From the NCBI GenBank assembly GCA_951406725.2, contig OX597820.1, positions 10,044,001-10,108,000 on the forward strand: DNA of 64,000 bases. The letters are read 5' to 3'. Position 1 is the first letter of the stretch. Every line of letters starts with the position of its first letter. A program made the position numbers and the translations under genes. Under the pieces are notes generated by a model that saw only the letters and a list, made by a program, of their open reading frames with translations, searched no databases and had not been told where the DNA came from. This document shows positions 51,147 through 64,000 of this stretch, one piece after another. The stretch is from Octopus vulgaris. Lineage: Eukaryota.

Positions 51147-54100
51147 GTATTTGCTTCCGTGTTGCTCATGCTTAAGTTGTCGTGTATGTATGTATATACG
51201 TATGTATGTATGTATGGATGGATGGATGTAAAGTTAAACAAAACAGACGAATTTACTCTTTTACTCTTTTACGTGTTTATGTCATTTGACTGTGGCCATG
51301 CTGGAGCACCGCCTTTAGTTGAGCAAATCGACCCCAGGACTTATTCTTTGTAAGCCTAGTACTTATTCTAACGGTGTCGTTTGCCTAACCGCTCAGTTAC
51401 GGTGACGTAAACACACCAGCATCCGTTTCAAGCGATGTTGGGGAGGGGACAAACATAGACACACAAGCACACACACATACACACACACACACACACATAT
51501 ATATATAAATATATTTGACGGGCTTCTTTCAGTTTCTGTCTACCAAATCCACTCACAAGGCTTTGGTCGGCCTGAGGCTATAGTAGAAACACTTGCCTAA
51601 GGTACCACGCAGTGGGACTGAACCCGGAACCATGTGGTTCGTAAGTAACCTACTTACAACACAGCCACTCCTACGCCTATGTTTATTTATATAATATTTA
51701 TTTACATCATTTTACGCATATTTCATTAACAATGAATATCATTATGTAAGGACAATCTTATAACCTGATTGCCTTATTAAATCTTTAGAAGTTGCATATC
51801 ATTCATTTGTTATTTTTAGTATTGATATGGCGCAGACGATATTGTTATCTTGTGGTAATAATCGCCAATCTCAAAATTGCAAAATATACATTTGGCTAAT
51901 CTGCTATATATCAACCTGTTTATCTGTCTGGATTTATGTATCTCTATGTATGTGTATATGAGTGCCTGTCTGTGTGTGTGCATGTGCCTCATTGTATCTG
52001 TGAATGACAGTACCAAACTATTTTATATTTTTGAGATGAGAAATTATGTACATTATTTACGATGGACTGATAGGTATCCTCGCCTTGTTTCTTGTTATCA
52101 CAACGTTTCGGCTGGTGTACTTTCCAGCCTTCACCAGGTGTTCTAGTGGAATTTCGAACCCTTTATTTGTCTCATAGGGCACTCTGTTCTTATTCCTAAG
52201 GTATGTTGATGATGTGATTTTTCTGTTGATATTATCTAAGTTTAATCATAGGCAGCGATTTAAAAAAATAATATTAACAGTAAACTAACATCGGCAACAT
52301 ACCTTAGGAATGAGAACAGAGTACCCCATTAGTTAAATAAAGGGCTGGGTTTGAAATTCCACCAGAATACTTGATGAAGGCTGGAGAGTATACCAGCCGA
52401 AACGTGTGTAACAACAAACAAGATGAGGACAAATATAGGTCAAATGTAAATAAAAATATATCATACTATATTTCGTTAATATTTGAGTCAGGATGATAAC
52501 CAGGAATATGAGACCTAGGTGTTACGAAATAGTGTCAAGACAACCCAAAGCATGAAGACAGAGCGTCTAATTGGTTGCTTGAACACAGAGAAATAGAAAC
52601 GTAATGATGTAAAAATACAAAAAAATACAAATGACAGAACGACAAGAATAGATTTCAGACAAAAACGCGAAATAAAATGTAATAAATTTGTTAATAATGA
52701 AAGATTAAAAATAAAATATAAAATAATAAAACATAAAAAAGGAGCAAATTACGTTTGTATTTCTCTGTGTTCAAGTAACTACATCCTACGCTTGAAATAA
52801 TTACCAGTCGTATTAGGTAATGGGGACATATATAAATCCTGAAAATACCGAAATATTTAAGAGTGGTTTTGTCTTTGATTATAGGTTTATTCGAATAGTG
52901 TTGACCTGATGTTAAACAGTGTCACCAACACCTTTCCAAACTTCCTGGATATTACTATGTCAAGTCACAGGATGCACAGAACCGGTTTCCACGGCATATA
53001 GAAGACTAAAATCGCGACATTCCCTCTAAATGGAGCGCCGGTCCATTATTAGGTAACTCACTTACAGCTGAGTGGACTCGATCAATGTGAAATGAAGATT
53101 TTTGTCTAAAAAAAAAAAACAGCGCACCGCCAGGTCCAAGAACCGAAACCACGATCTTGTGTGCACTATTCTATCTGCTGGACCACGGGCCTTCACACTA
53201 AGCAGTATTAACAACGACATTTTAAATAGTGAACGATATCGCGTCTTTTCCTATTTTGTCAACAACTCCTGCAACAAATATGTTCTAATTAAGTTATTGA
53301 GAAGTTGGAGCATTTGCAAGTTACTTAAGGTTTAGTCTGGGGCACGGCAAACACTCAGTTTTGAAACTCTTTTGTGGTATAGCTACAGTGTGTATGTCCT
53401 CCGAGGCATTCCCTCAGTTTGACGCCCGTCGCCCCGTGGTCTGTCCCATAAATAGGCTTATAAAACAAACCCGAATGTAGTCTCCATAAAAGTTCCACCC
53501 CAGGCGGACCACCCATATTCCCCCCATCCAGCTCGCCAACGGCATTTCTTGTCCTTTTAGGTAAACGATTAAATCACTGGAATCCTCTGCAAGCAGTTTG
53601 TAGTCCCTTAATTCATAGTGACGTATGCAATTCATTTAGGCAAATGAGTTTATAGTTGGGGCTCTCTACAAGCAATGCTGTTTTAACTTTGCATCGTGAA
53701 TCAACTGTCATTCGTGGGGATCTTCAACAGCTAACGATATCCTATTCTTTCGTTTATTCGGTGAAATAGCAAAGTTGTAAGATCGTCGAATAACACGATT
53801 TATGGAATTCGGACCGAATGACGGCATTTTGTGTTTCAGACTCCAGCCCCAAAATAAACTTTTGCCTTTCATCCATTTGAAGTTGATGAGTAAAGTACGA
53901 GTCCTTGGTAATAAATTATTGTAATTAACATAACATCGGACCAGCTGTGTTTTGCTTATTTCTCCGGCTGTTTGTTTTCTGATGGTAACGTCTGAGACGC
54001 CATTGCAGCAAAGTTTTATCGGCCGTTATAAAAGTGACAGTGAGAGGGAGAGACTTCTTGCATCAATGTGTGACTGCTAGACCCGCATGAAACATCTTGT

Positions 54101-55660
54101 TCAGTCCGGTGTCATAACTGGACATAGTGAATAACGAGGTTTGATATTTGAGACATCGTTATGTTTTCTGGACGATACAGATCTACGGTTCCACATGACA
54201 TACGGACATACCCAGGTGAAGTGTTTAATGTAAAACGCTTTGAAACTTTGTCACAAGGTTAGTAATGTTTGGGGAGCGAGTAAGTCCATCACATCGGCCC
54301 CAATGTTCAACTGGTGCTTTTATCGAGCTCAGAAGGATGAAAAGTAAAGTCGCTCTGAGCAGAAATTGAACTCACGACGTAAAGAGTTGCAAGAAATACG
54401 GTTAAGCATTTTCCCGAACCTCCATCGGCCCCGCCTGTTTGTTGCCTTGATGATGTTGTGCATAATTCTTTTAAATTTTGACACAAGGCCAACAATTTTG
54501 AGGGGAGGGGAAGTCGACTGCATCGTCCCCAGTGCTCAGCTGATACGTGCTTTATCGTTACTGGAAAAGAATATGCTCTAAGATATTCCAGGCGTGACGG
54601 TCACATTGTGTACTTAACGTTATATTAATATTATACAAGGCATATAGGTCGTGATATGATGGATATTTAGCTGCTATTTCTAGCAAAGCGAGCGAGTGAC
54701 CGACTGACCACGTAAATGATCCCTCACTGGCTTGTACTGCACGTGCTGATTCAAATGTTACTGGCAGAGTATTCCGTCAGTTACGACAAAGAGTGTTCCA
54801 GTTGAGTCAATTAACCGAAGAGCTTGCTCGTGAAGTTAAGGTGCAAGTGGCTGAGTACTCCACAGACACACGTACCCTTAACGTAGTTCTCAGGGAGATT
54901 CAGCGTGACACACCAAAAGTGACAAGGTTGACAAACTGAACCACACGTACAACTCATTTTTTTTTGCCAACTGAGTGAAGTGGACTCAAGTAACGTGAAG
55001 TAAAGTGTCTTGATCAAGGACACAACGCATTGCCGCAAATCGAATTCACGACCTTACGATTGTGAATCGAATACACAATCAATTAAAACTACGGGTATTG
55101 TCATCTCGTAATTGTTAGTATTTCAGCCAGTATTTAAGTGTTAAAAGTAACACAGTTTTTCGAACTGTAAACATTTATATCCTGTTCATTTGATAGATGA
55201 GATAGTCGAGCCTGTCAGTGTCGACATAAAAATGTTTTCTTTCCTCTCCTGTACAGATTAACGAAGCTTTATTGACAATGAGGTTGTAGTGCCTAGAGTG
55301 GTTCCAATCTTTTCATACTTCAAGTAGTTGATAGTTTATGCATCAAGGGCTTATTTTATTAAAATATTCTAATATTGCCCAATCAACTGTTGGATTTGCT
55401 CATCAGAATTTAGTAATTGCCGATGGTTGTGATGCTGATGGTACCGTCGGAAGCATTTGTGGTGATGGTATTTGGAAATTCTCATTAGTGTTGCCCATTT
55501 CTTTTCCTCTACCTTTCTCGCCTTCGTTTAATAAAGAAGACGAAATTAACGGAGATGAAATCTTCAGATTATCGAATTTCAATTTTGTCGAGTAGTGAAC
55601 GAATTGAAAATAGCCTTAGAGGTAAAATGTTTCGATTAGAATGCATAAACTCCTGGGGTT
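50980..55660 (+). repeat. Block B, copy 3 (complete; continues into unique flank)
   Basis: Colinear with 38230-42855. After CATAAACTCCTGGGGTTTTC it continues into non-satellite sequence. Confidence 0.95.
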
Positions 55661-55692
55661 TTCCTTAGACCAAACATACAAATCATTGCTGT

Positions 55693-56074
55693 GGAAGCAC
55701 TCCGTCGGTTACGACGACGAGGGTTCCGGTTGATCCGATCAACGGAACAGCCTGCTCGTAAAATTAACGTGTAAGTGGCTGAGCACTCCACAGACATGCG
55801 TACCCTTAACGTAGTTCTCGGGGATATTCAGCGTGACACAGAGAGTGACAAGGCCGGCCCTTTGAAATACAGGTACAACAGAAACAGGAAGTAAGAGTGA
55901 GAGAAAGTTGTGGTGAAAGAGTACAGCAGGGATCACCACCATCCCCTGCCGGAGCCTCGTGGAGCTTTAGGTGTTTTCGCTCAATAAACACTCACAATGC
56001 CCGGTCTGGGAATCGAAACCGCGATCCTACGACCGCAAGTCCGCTGCTCTAACCACTGGGCCATTGCGCCTCCA
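55693..56074 (-). mobile_element. Full-length tRNA-headed SINE with apparent target-site duplication
   Basis: Minus head GGAGGCGCAATGGCCCAGTGGTTAGAGCAGCGG..GGTTTCGATTCCC. ACAA(A)TCATTGCTGT flanks both sides (~55678-55693 and ~56076-56089). Confidence 0.88.
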
Positions 56075-56307
56075 CACAATCATTGCTGTAACAGGTAGAA
56101 GGAAAAGTGAGGAGATTCTAAAGTTTGTTTTAGAGTTGTAAATAACTCTATTTCAACAATGAAACCAAGCCTATATTTCAGTCTACTCAGTCGAGGTGTA
56201 GTTTCGTTTCACTGGACGAAATTGCATTATTGTCAAAACTGGGAGTGAACTTCCTCCCTCTCCCCTTCCCTCTATCCATGTGTCCGTCTGTCGGGTTTTA
56301 TTTCTAT

Positions 56308-56642
56308 ATACAGGCTGGACCAAAATGATCTGACACATTTGGAGGCTTAAATAAGAAATAATGAAAAGAAAAATAAGAAATAATGAAGAGAAAAATTTTA
56401 TTTTCTGTATGCCATTTTATTTCATTAAGTATTAAAAATTAAATCAGCTAAATGCCTCCCATCATTGTCAACACACTGTTGGAGACGTTCATGAAAGTTA
56501 TCGATAACTCTATGGATCATTTCTTCTGGAATGGTGAAATGTGATTTCTTCTTGTGGGGATATTTAAAATCAAAAGTATTCAGTCATCGCCCTCGATCTA
56601 TTGATGAATTAAAACGTGCAATTTGTGTAGATATAGCAACCA
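56308..56642. mobile_element. Tc1/mariner-superfamily 3' relic with internal inversion
   Basis: TA-CAGGCTGGACCAAAATGATCTGACAC is TIR-like. The minus strand reads IPEEMIHRVIDNFHERLQQCVDNDGRHLAD, and the adjacent plus strand reads CDFFLWGYLKSKVFSHRPRSIDELKRAICVDIA. Confidence 0.8.
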
Positions 56643-56913
56643 GTGATCACTATTAAATTCAGGCCACGACAGACAGAGCGGATGTTCTTGAAGTCGAGGA
56701 TTTTAAACTTTGGGCGGCAATATCTACATATCACCTGAGGAAACACAACTAGATCTCATAATGAAGGGAAGCGGTTGCATATTCAAGTACCTACACGCCT
56801 CGAGAACAACGTTGCGTGGAAACAATTGTAGTAATTAAAAACTAAACGTCCAACCGTACTTCTTTATGTTGACTCCAATTTTTTCAATTACACACACATA
56901 CACACACATGCAT

Positions 56914-57077
56914 GCGACAGGCTTCTCTCTGTTTCCGCCGACCAAATCCACTCACAAGTCTTTGGTCGACCCGAGGCTATAGTAGAAGATATTTGCCGAG
57001 GGTGCCACGCAGTGGGACTGAACCCAGGATCATGTGGTTGGGAATCAAGCTTCTTACCACAGCCACGCCTGCGCCTA
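56914..57077 (-). mobile_element. SINE 5' half
   Basis: Reverse complement of the 7170-family head. Confidence 0.8.
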
Positions 57078-57172
57078 TAAAAATAATTATAAACTATATG
57101 GATATGTTTTAGTGTGTGAGTAAATATAAGATAATATGCATGTGTGTTTGTATGTATGAGTGTGTGTGTGAC

Positions 57173-57205
<33 letters not shown>

Positions 57206-57377
57206 GGGCGGAGAAAGGGAGAGAGAGGGGGGAGAAACGGAGAGAGAGAGAGAGAGAGTGGTGAGGTAAGAAATTAGATGTTTCCATTAAAATTCAGTTC
57301 AAACAAACGTACGATTCCTTTTATTTCCGATCGACGGTGCCGTGGTTTGTAAGACGTTGACTAATGACTTGCTAAAT

Positions 57378-57779
57378 ACTCTCTTTTCTCTTTTACTTGT
57401 TTCAGTCATTTGACTGCGGCCATGCTGGAGCACCGCCTTTAATCGAGCAACTCGACCCCGGTACTTATTCTTTTGTAAGCCCAGTACTTATTCTATCGGT
57501 CTCTTTTGCCGAACCGCTAAGTGACGGGGACATAAACACACCAGCATCGGTTGTCAAGCAATGTTAGGGGGACAAACACAGACACACAGACACGCATATA
57601 TGTATATACATATATACGACGGGCTTCTTTCAGTTTCCGTCTACTACATCCACTCACAAGGCTTTGGTCGGTCCGAGGCTATAGTAGAAGACACTTGCCC
57701 AAGATGCCACGCAGTGAGACTGAACCCAGAACCATGTGGTTGGTTAGCAAGCTACTTACCGCACAGCCACTCCTGCGCT
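57378..57779 (-). mobile_element. Full-length SINE (7170 family)
   Basis: Highly similar to 13545-13969. Confidence 0.88.
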
Positions 57780-57865
57780 CTATGAATTTTTCATTACGTG
57801 GGTTCGAAATATATTTGAAGACGACTATTTCTTAGAAACAGAATATCGACGACATTCTAAGAAAA

Positions 57866-57953
57866 CCACGACGACGGCGATGACGACAACGACAATGACA
57901 ACCACCACCACCACCACCACCACCACCACCACCACCACCACCACCACCACCAC

Positions 57954-57984
<31 letters not shown>

Positions 57985-58017
57985 ACCACCACAACCACCA
58001 CCACCACAACCACCACC

Positions 58018-58049
<32 letters not shown>

Positions 58050-58052
58050 CAA
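57866..58052. repeat. (CAC)/(CAA) trinucleotide tract
   Basis: Direct inspection. Confidence 0.95.
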
Positions 58053-58975
58053 CTGTTACTGCTGCATCGGAATTAATGTAGATTATATTAAAATGAATAT
58101 CAAATATAAATGTTTGACAATGCGACGAGTTAATTACTCGTCTGCTTCCATTTGTCAAGATCAGCATCTTCGGCGCAGCAGCCAACGGAGTGCTGCAATC
58201 ATTTCGATTATCTATCTGTAATTCAACAATATGTCTCCTGCTGTTACATAAAGCAGTTATTAGACCAAGAAGGAAGAACGCTTATGGCCTTTTCATACGT
58301 CATTCTTTACTGATGGCAGAGTTAAGTTTAGCGAGGTGAAAATGGTGCTTAGAAGAGTGCTTTAAAGAGGAAGTTGTACACGTGACATTCTGCATCTGTT
58401 CTGGTGTGTGATTTCATTACAGTTGAGTATAGTTAATATTATCAATCATCGGAGGTAAGAGAAATGTTCATATTTTCCAAGGTTCAAGCATTGTCTGTTG
58501 TCGAAAGATAAGGGAAGGAATTGTTATTCTTACGAAAGTGAAACATGATGAAGAAAATGGTTTTCGAAAATTTTTAGGGAGCCCAGAAAAATCACCTGTA
58601 AACGTATATTGAAATGAACCATTTTCGACATAACGATAAATCCTTCCAGATCTACAATTTGGAAGATATAGTCGGTATTTGTCATGAAAATGTGGCAATA
58701 GTTTTTGTCACGCTTATCATACTAAGTAAATGAGAATTGTGACCCACAGACGTTGCTGTAAAGTAAACCTATCGGCGCTTTTCCTTTCGGTTTCAAAGTC
58801 ATTGGAAATAAAAGGCAATGAGACTTTTTTTTTATTCTGCTCTGAAGAAATTCAGACGAATTAGCAATTAATATTTTTAGATGAACGAAATTATTCTGTT
58901 CGATATTTCATACGTCATGCATTTGAATCTGCTTCGAAAAAGAATTAAGAAGAAAAAGAAAAAAATGTCAGCTTA

Positions 58976-59322
58976 GGCGCAGGCGTAGCTCTGTGGTAAG
59001 AAGCTTGCTTCCCAACCACGTGGTTCTGGGTTCGGTCTCACGGCGTGGCACCTTGGGCAAGTCTTTTTCTTCTACCACATCCTCGCGCTGACCTAAGCCT
59101 TATGAATTGATCTGGTAGACGGAAACTGAAAGAATCACGTGGTATATATATATATATATATATATTTATTTTATAGAAGGAACTTCTACAAGACTAGTAC
59201 TGTTTCATTCAAATGAAACAGTACTAGTCCTGTAGAAGCTCCTTCTATAAAATAAATTAATTTACTCTGCTATGTATTGAGTACCTTATTTACGGTGGTT
59301 AACCCCGACTCAACCCGGGACC

Positions 59323-59390
<68 letters not shown>

Positions 59391-59622
59391 CGTGTGTGTG
59401 TTTGTTCTTGTCCCCAACCAGTGCTTGACAACCGGTGCTAACGCGTTTAAATCCTTGTATCTTAGCGGTCCGGCAAAATTGACCGATAGAATAAGTACCA
59501 GGCTTAACAGAAGATAAGTACTGGGTGGCGGGTGGAGGTGGGGGGTGATTCATTCGACTGAAAATTCTTCAAGGTGGTGCCCCAGCATGGGCCGGAGTCT
59601 AATGACTAAAACACGCAAGAGT
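58976..59622 (+). mobile_element. SINE split by an insertion (~59165-59325) in its internal (TA)n
   Basis: Head at 58976-59143, 3' half at ~59390-59622, with a palindromic insert between two TA tracts. Confidence 0.75.
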
Positions 59623-60154
59623 TAGAATATGTAAGATACTCTCCAGGTAAAAGTGTTTTTCCTTTAATACTTTTCCTGGATGGTCAAACTTTAGAGTGAA
59701 ATATGAGTCAATAATATTCTTGTAAATGTCCAAAGTTTACACCTCAGATAACCCATAATTTGTGTGTTTTGACTGTCACGTACGTCACACAGGAACAGCC
59801 AAAACTGGAAAGTAGGAAATAAAATTGTAAAAGGGACGACACACAATAAGAAAGAAGACGAAAGCTGGAACTCGTACGTAAAAATTGAACATATTAAAGT
59901 CACTCGTTTCTTATTAGATGCAAAATTCAGCAAAGACCAACTTAGAGACATATGAATTTTTTTCCTGTCTGAGAAATTTTTAAAGAATCTCGCTGGTGCT
60001 GCAGCTGTTTTCTAAACCAAAGTCTGATTAGTGACGCTGGTCTGAGATTGTAATATTCTTACGAGGAAAACTTCTAAATGAACAGAGAAAAATTGGGTGT
60101 ACGGTCTTTTTTTGTTGTCGTTCAATTACTTCCAGCAACGAATTAATGAAAGTA

Positions 60155-60273
<119 letters not shown>

Positions 60274-60407
60274 ATATTTATATGCGTATATATATGAATA
60301 TATATATACATATATATATATGCGTATATATATATAAACATAATTTCATTCATTATATATAAGTGAAAAAATACATATATACATATACATACATACATAA
60401 TACATGC

Positions 60408-60459
<52 letters not shown>

Positions 60460-60673
60460 ATGACTATTTAGATGCACGTATGCATATACATTTATACGTA
60501 TAAATACTTATCTCTCTATATATACATATATATATATATATATGTATATATGTAGATATGTGGAAATGTGAGAATATAAGGTCATGCATATATTTATATA
60601 TGTGTGTATCTATGTATATATGTGTATATCTATCTATCTACACACACACACACGCACACACGCACACACATAC

Positions 60674-60741
<68 letters not shown>

Positions 60742-60780
60742 GTATATATATACCTACATACATATATATGAATTTTTATC

Positions 60781-60838
<58 letters not shown>

Positions 60839-61877
60839 CAGAATATTTATAAGTATCAGCCAATACATAAAATACTGAGACTTATTCATGCTCCAATAAT
60901 GAAATACAATAGCGAGTTCATATCTTTCTTCCATAGTTTGCCGATGGACATTGATAACGATTTTATATAAAATTTTTTGTCGAAACTCATCTTGTTATGG
61001 AGTTTGTTCTCACCGATATTTTGTAGTATTTGTGTCGATGAAAAAGTAACCTCTAGTGACCAACAATTCCCAAAATTATGATTTTGCATTAATATCTTCG
61101 TTTTTTTTCTTTATTTTTCTTGAGTGCTAGGAATCATGAGGCTGGTTTCCTGCTTTCCATAACAAACGAGTAACGAAGATTACACCGTACTCGAGGTCCG
61201 TTACAGGGTTCAAGCCTAGTAATCTTGAAGAGAAAGGGACAAATCGATTACCCGGAGCCCAGTACTTGGCAGGCTGGTACTTATTTTGTCGACTCGGGGA
61301 AATGAAATGCCAAGTTGACCCCGGTGAAATCAGAACACAGGGCGCAGAGAGGGGACGAAATGCCGCTAAGCATTTTACCGACGTGCTTAACATTTCCGCT
61401 AGATCCCCACTTTTATGTAACCATTATGACAACCCCTTTTCAGCTCTCAGCTAACCTTTTGGCTGTCCCGTATATCACATGTGATACTCAGGCCATATTT
61501 CTCTGATAAACACTCCCAATTTTTTCAACCATCAGATTAACTTGAGATATATGAAAGACAGCTTTATATTATTCAGAACGTTTAATATTACTGTTCTATA
61601 TTTAAGAGATGAGGAATTATGTACATTATTTAACTTATTTACATTCGACGGATATTTGTCCTCATCTTGTTTGTTGTTAACACAAACAAGATGTTAACAA
61701 CATACAAGATGAGGACAAATATCCATCGAATGTAAATAATGTAAATAATGTATGTTTAATATTATTCTGGCCGAATCGTTAGCACGTCGGAGTCGATAAC
61801 ATAAGTACCGGATGCAATCAAACAAAGGCCCACCATGAAATTGCTGGCCTTGTGTCAAAATCTGAAACTAATATCAT

Positions 61878-62408
61878 TCGATTACATCGACCCCAGTGCG
61901 TAACTGGTACTTATTTAATCGACCCGAAAAGATGAAAGGCAAAGTCGACCTCGGCGGAATTTGAACTCAGAACGCAGCGGCAGACGAAATACCGATTTCT
62001 TTACTACCATCAAGGGGCTAAACACAGAGAGGACAAACAAGGACAGACAAAGGGATTAAGTCGATTACATCGACTCCAGTGCGTAATTGGTACTTATTTA
62101 ATCGACCCCGAAAAGATGAAAGGCAAAGTCGACCTCGGCGGAATTTGAACTCAGAACGCAGCGGCAGACGAAATACCGATTTCTTTACTACCAACAAGGG
62201 GCTAAACACAGAGAGGACAAACAAGGACAGACAAAGGGATTAAGTCGATTACATCGACTCCAGTGCGTAAGTGGTACTTATTTAATCGACCCCGAAAGGA
62301 TGAAAGGCAAAGTCGACCTCGGCGGAATTTGAACTCAGAACGTAACGGCAGACGAAATACCGCTAAGCATTTCACCCGGCGTGCTAACGATTCTGACAGC
62401 TTGTCGCT
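61878..62408 (-). mobile_element. SINE with tandemly repeated body (~184-bp period, ~2.7 units)
   Basis: CGATTACATCGA at 61879, 62062 and 62246. Only the last unit carries the head-like part (62360-62408). Confidence 0.85.
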
Positions 62409-62646
62409 TTGAAACCAATATTATTATAGTAGAATCGTTACCGCGCCGAGTATACTGCTTAATGGCATTTCGTCTGTCTTTGCGTTTTGAAGTTCAAATT
62501 CCGCCGTGGTCGACCTTACCTTTCATCATGTTGGGATCGATAAAATAATTACCATTTCAACACTGGGGTCAATGCAATCGACTAAGCTCCTACCCAGAAC
62601 TTGCTGGCCTTGAGCCAAAACTTGAAACCACTATTATTCAGAATGT

Positions 62647-62945
62647 GGAGGTACATAGCCTAGTGGTTAGAGCAGCTGACTCGCAGTCGAGGGATCGCGG
62701 GTTCGAATCTCAGACCGAGCGATGTGTGTATTTATGAGCGAAACATCAAAGCTCCATGCAGCTCCGACAGAAGGTAATGGCGACCCTCTACTGACTCTTT
62801 CGCCACTACTTTCTCTCACTCTTTCCTCCTGCTTCTTGCAGCTCACCTGCGACGGACCGGCGTCCCGTCCAGGTGGGGAACCTATACGCCAAGGAAACCG
62901 GAAAACCGGCCCTTATGAGCCAGGCATGGCTCGAGAAGGAACAAA
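62647..62945 (+). mobile_element. tRNA-headed SINE with (AAC)/(AAT) tail
   Basis: GGAGGTACATAGCCTAGTGGTTAGAGCAGC..GGTTCGAATCTC head; ends GGCTCGAGAAGGAACAAACAAC. Confidence 0.85.
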
Positions 62946-63078
62946 CAACGACAACAATAACAACAGCAATAATAACAATAACAACAACAACAACCACAAC
63001 ATTATTCAGAATTAGAAAATTACTATTTTAAAATCTCAAATCTATTTTTAAACGTGAGATATTCAGCAACAGTACTTT

Positions 63079-63345
63079 GTAGTAAAGATTGCCAACATAA
63101 CATGGCAATCCTGGTTTAGGACTAATGTTGCTGTAATTTAGCCCCAGGAGACATCGTCTCCAGCTTGCTATACGACACGATCTGTGTCCTTATATATATG
63201 TTTTCCCTTGTTCGAAAAAAAAAAAATAAGGACGCAGATCGTGTCGTGTAGCCAACTGGAGACGATATCTCCTGGGGGCTAAATTACAGCAACATTCGTC
63301 CTAAACCAGAACTCTCATGTTATGTTAGCAAACAATCTTTACTAC
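63079..63345. mobile_element. Fold-back / MITE-like element
   Basis: ~115-bp arms: GTAGTAAAGATTG..CGACACGATCTGTGTCCTTAT versus ATAAGGACGCAGATCGTGTCG..CAATCTTTACTAC. Confidence 0.75.
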
Positions 63346-64000
63346 ATTATTCAGAATGTCTGATAAAATAGCAAACTAAAAGTCTGGAAACAGGAATGGA
63401 TGTTTAGAAGAAACTTATGAAAATGTTTTGGACAGACAAAAAAACAACAAACCCAAGAGCACAATATATTTATTGTCTGTTAGAGATGTTATTAGAGCAT
63501 TGAACAGCACTGATTACAGAAGTGAACTGACCGTCTGCTTATTCACACTGTTCCAGTACGAGACTATAGAAGTTTAGTTTCGTAGCAAACGAACGGGTTG
63601 AAAGTTTTAAACGATTTACAAAGCACAGAGACTTCCTTGTGATGTGTATTGGGAATATATTCTGTTCTATCAGCCATCTGGTATGTATAAACCTGACAAG
63701 ATTTTCTTACCAATTCTAAGCTACATTATGCTTGGTTGGCTTACAGCAATAGAAGAACAGAAGACGGCCGATCAAAAGGTATTTTTGAAATATACTGTCT
63801 GTAAAAGAAGCGCCAAAAATGTTTAAAGTAATAGTTTAGTTAAGTTAAGGTGACACCTTCAACAAATGGCATTTATCGAAAACACAAAACTTTAAGTGTG
63901 ACATAGCTATAAAAAATATAAACGAAGTCTCTAGTCTCTAAGTCTAAGTAATAAATTTCGGTCATAAATTTTCTGAAATTACAAAATGGAAGACTATAGT

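Noticed and set aside
32390-51353. Long K/F/N/P-rich ORFs up to 367 aa
   Set aside because: They arise from stop-poor satellite, are open in several frames and on both strands, and are not conserved in frame between arrays.
58114-58158. Short hairpin TTGACAA..GACGAGT/ACTCGTC..TTGTCAA as a pre-miRNA
   Set aside because: Stem too short and interrupted; no recognisable mature sequence.
58468-59951. ORFs 58468-58698 and 59691-59951
   Set aside because: Short, no recognisable domain, within chance expectation.

Overview
Eukaryotic, AT-rich, microsatellite-dense DNA that is almost entirely non-coding. The tRNA-headed SINE families resemble those I recall from Octopus, so a coleoid cephalopod origin is likely (inference, not searched). 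I cannot support any intact host gene, and most ORFs in the track are translations of simple repeats or satellite. Recognisable content: many SINEs, CR1-like LINE 3' ends inserted in (TA)n, mariner/Tc1 relics, a Penelope-like GIY-YIG relic and Helitron-type termini. A ~25 kb block (30.7-55.7 kb) consists of tandem segmental duplications whose junctions lie in a quasi-palindromic A-tract satellite next to a Helitron-type 3' end. The main result is a set of type I hammerhead ribozyme motifs in several unrelated small elements. One is a 505-nt-period partial tandem with two identical, apparently intact hammerheads (946-1790, minus strand), the layout of a Penelope-derived, retrozyme-like element that could release a self-cleaved and possibly circular RNA.
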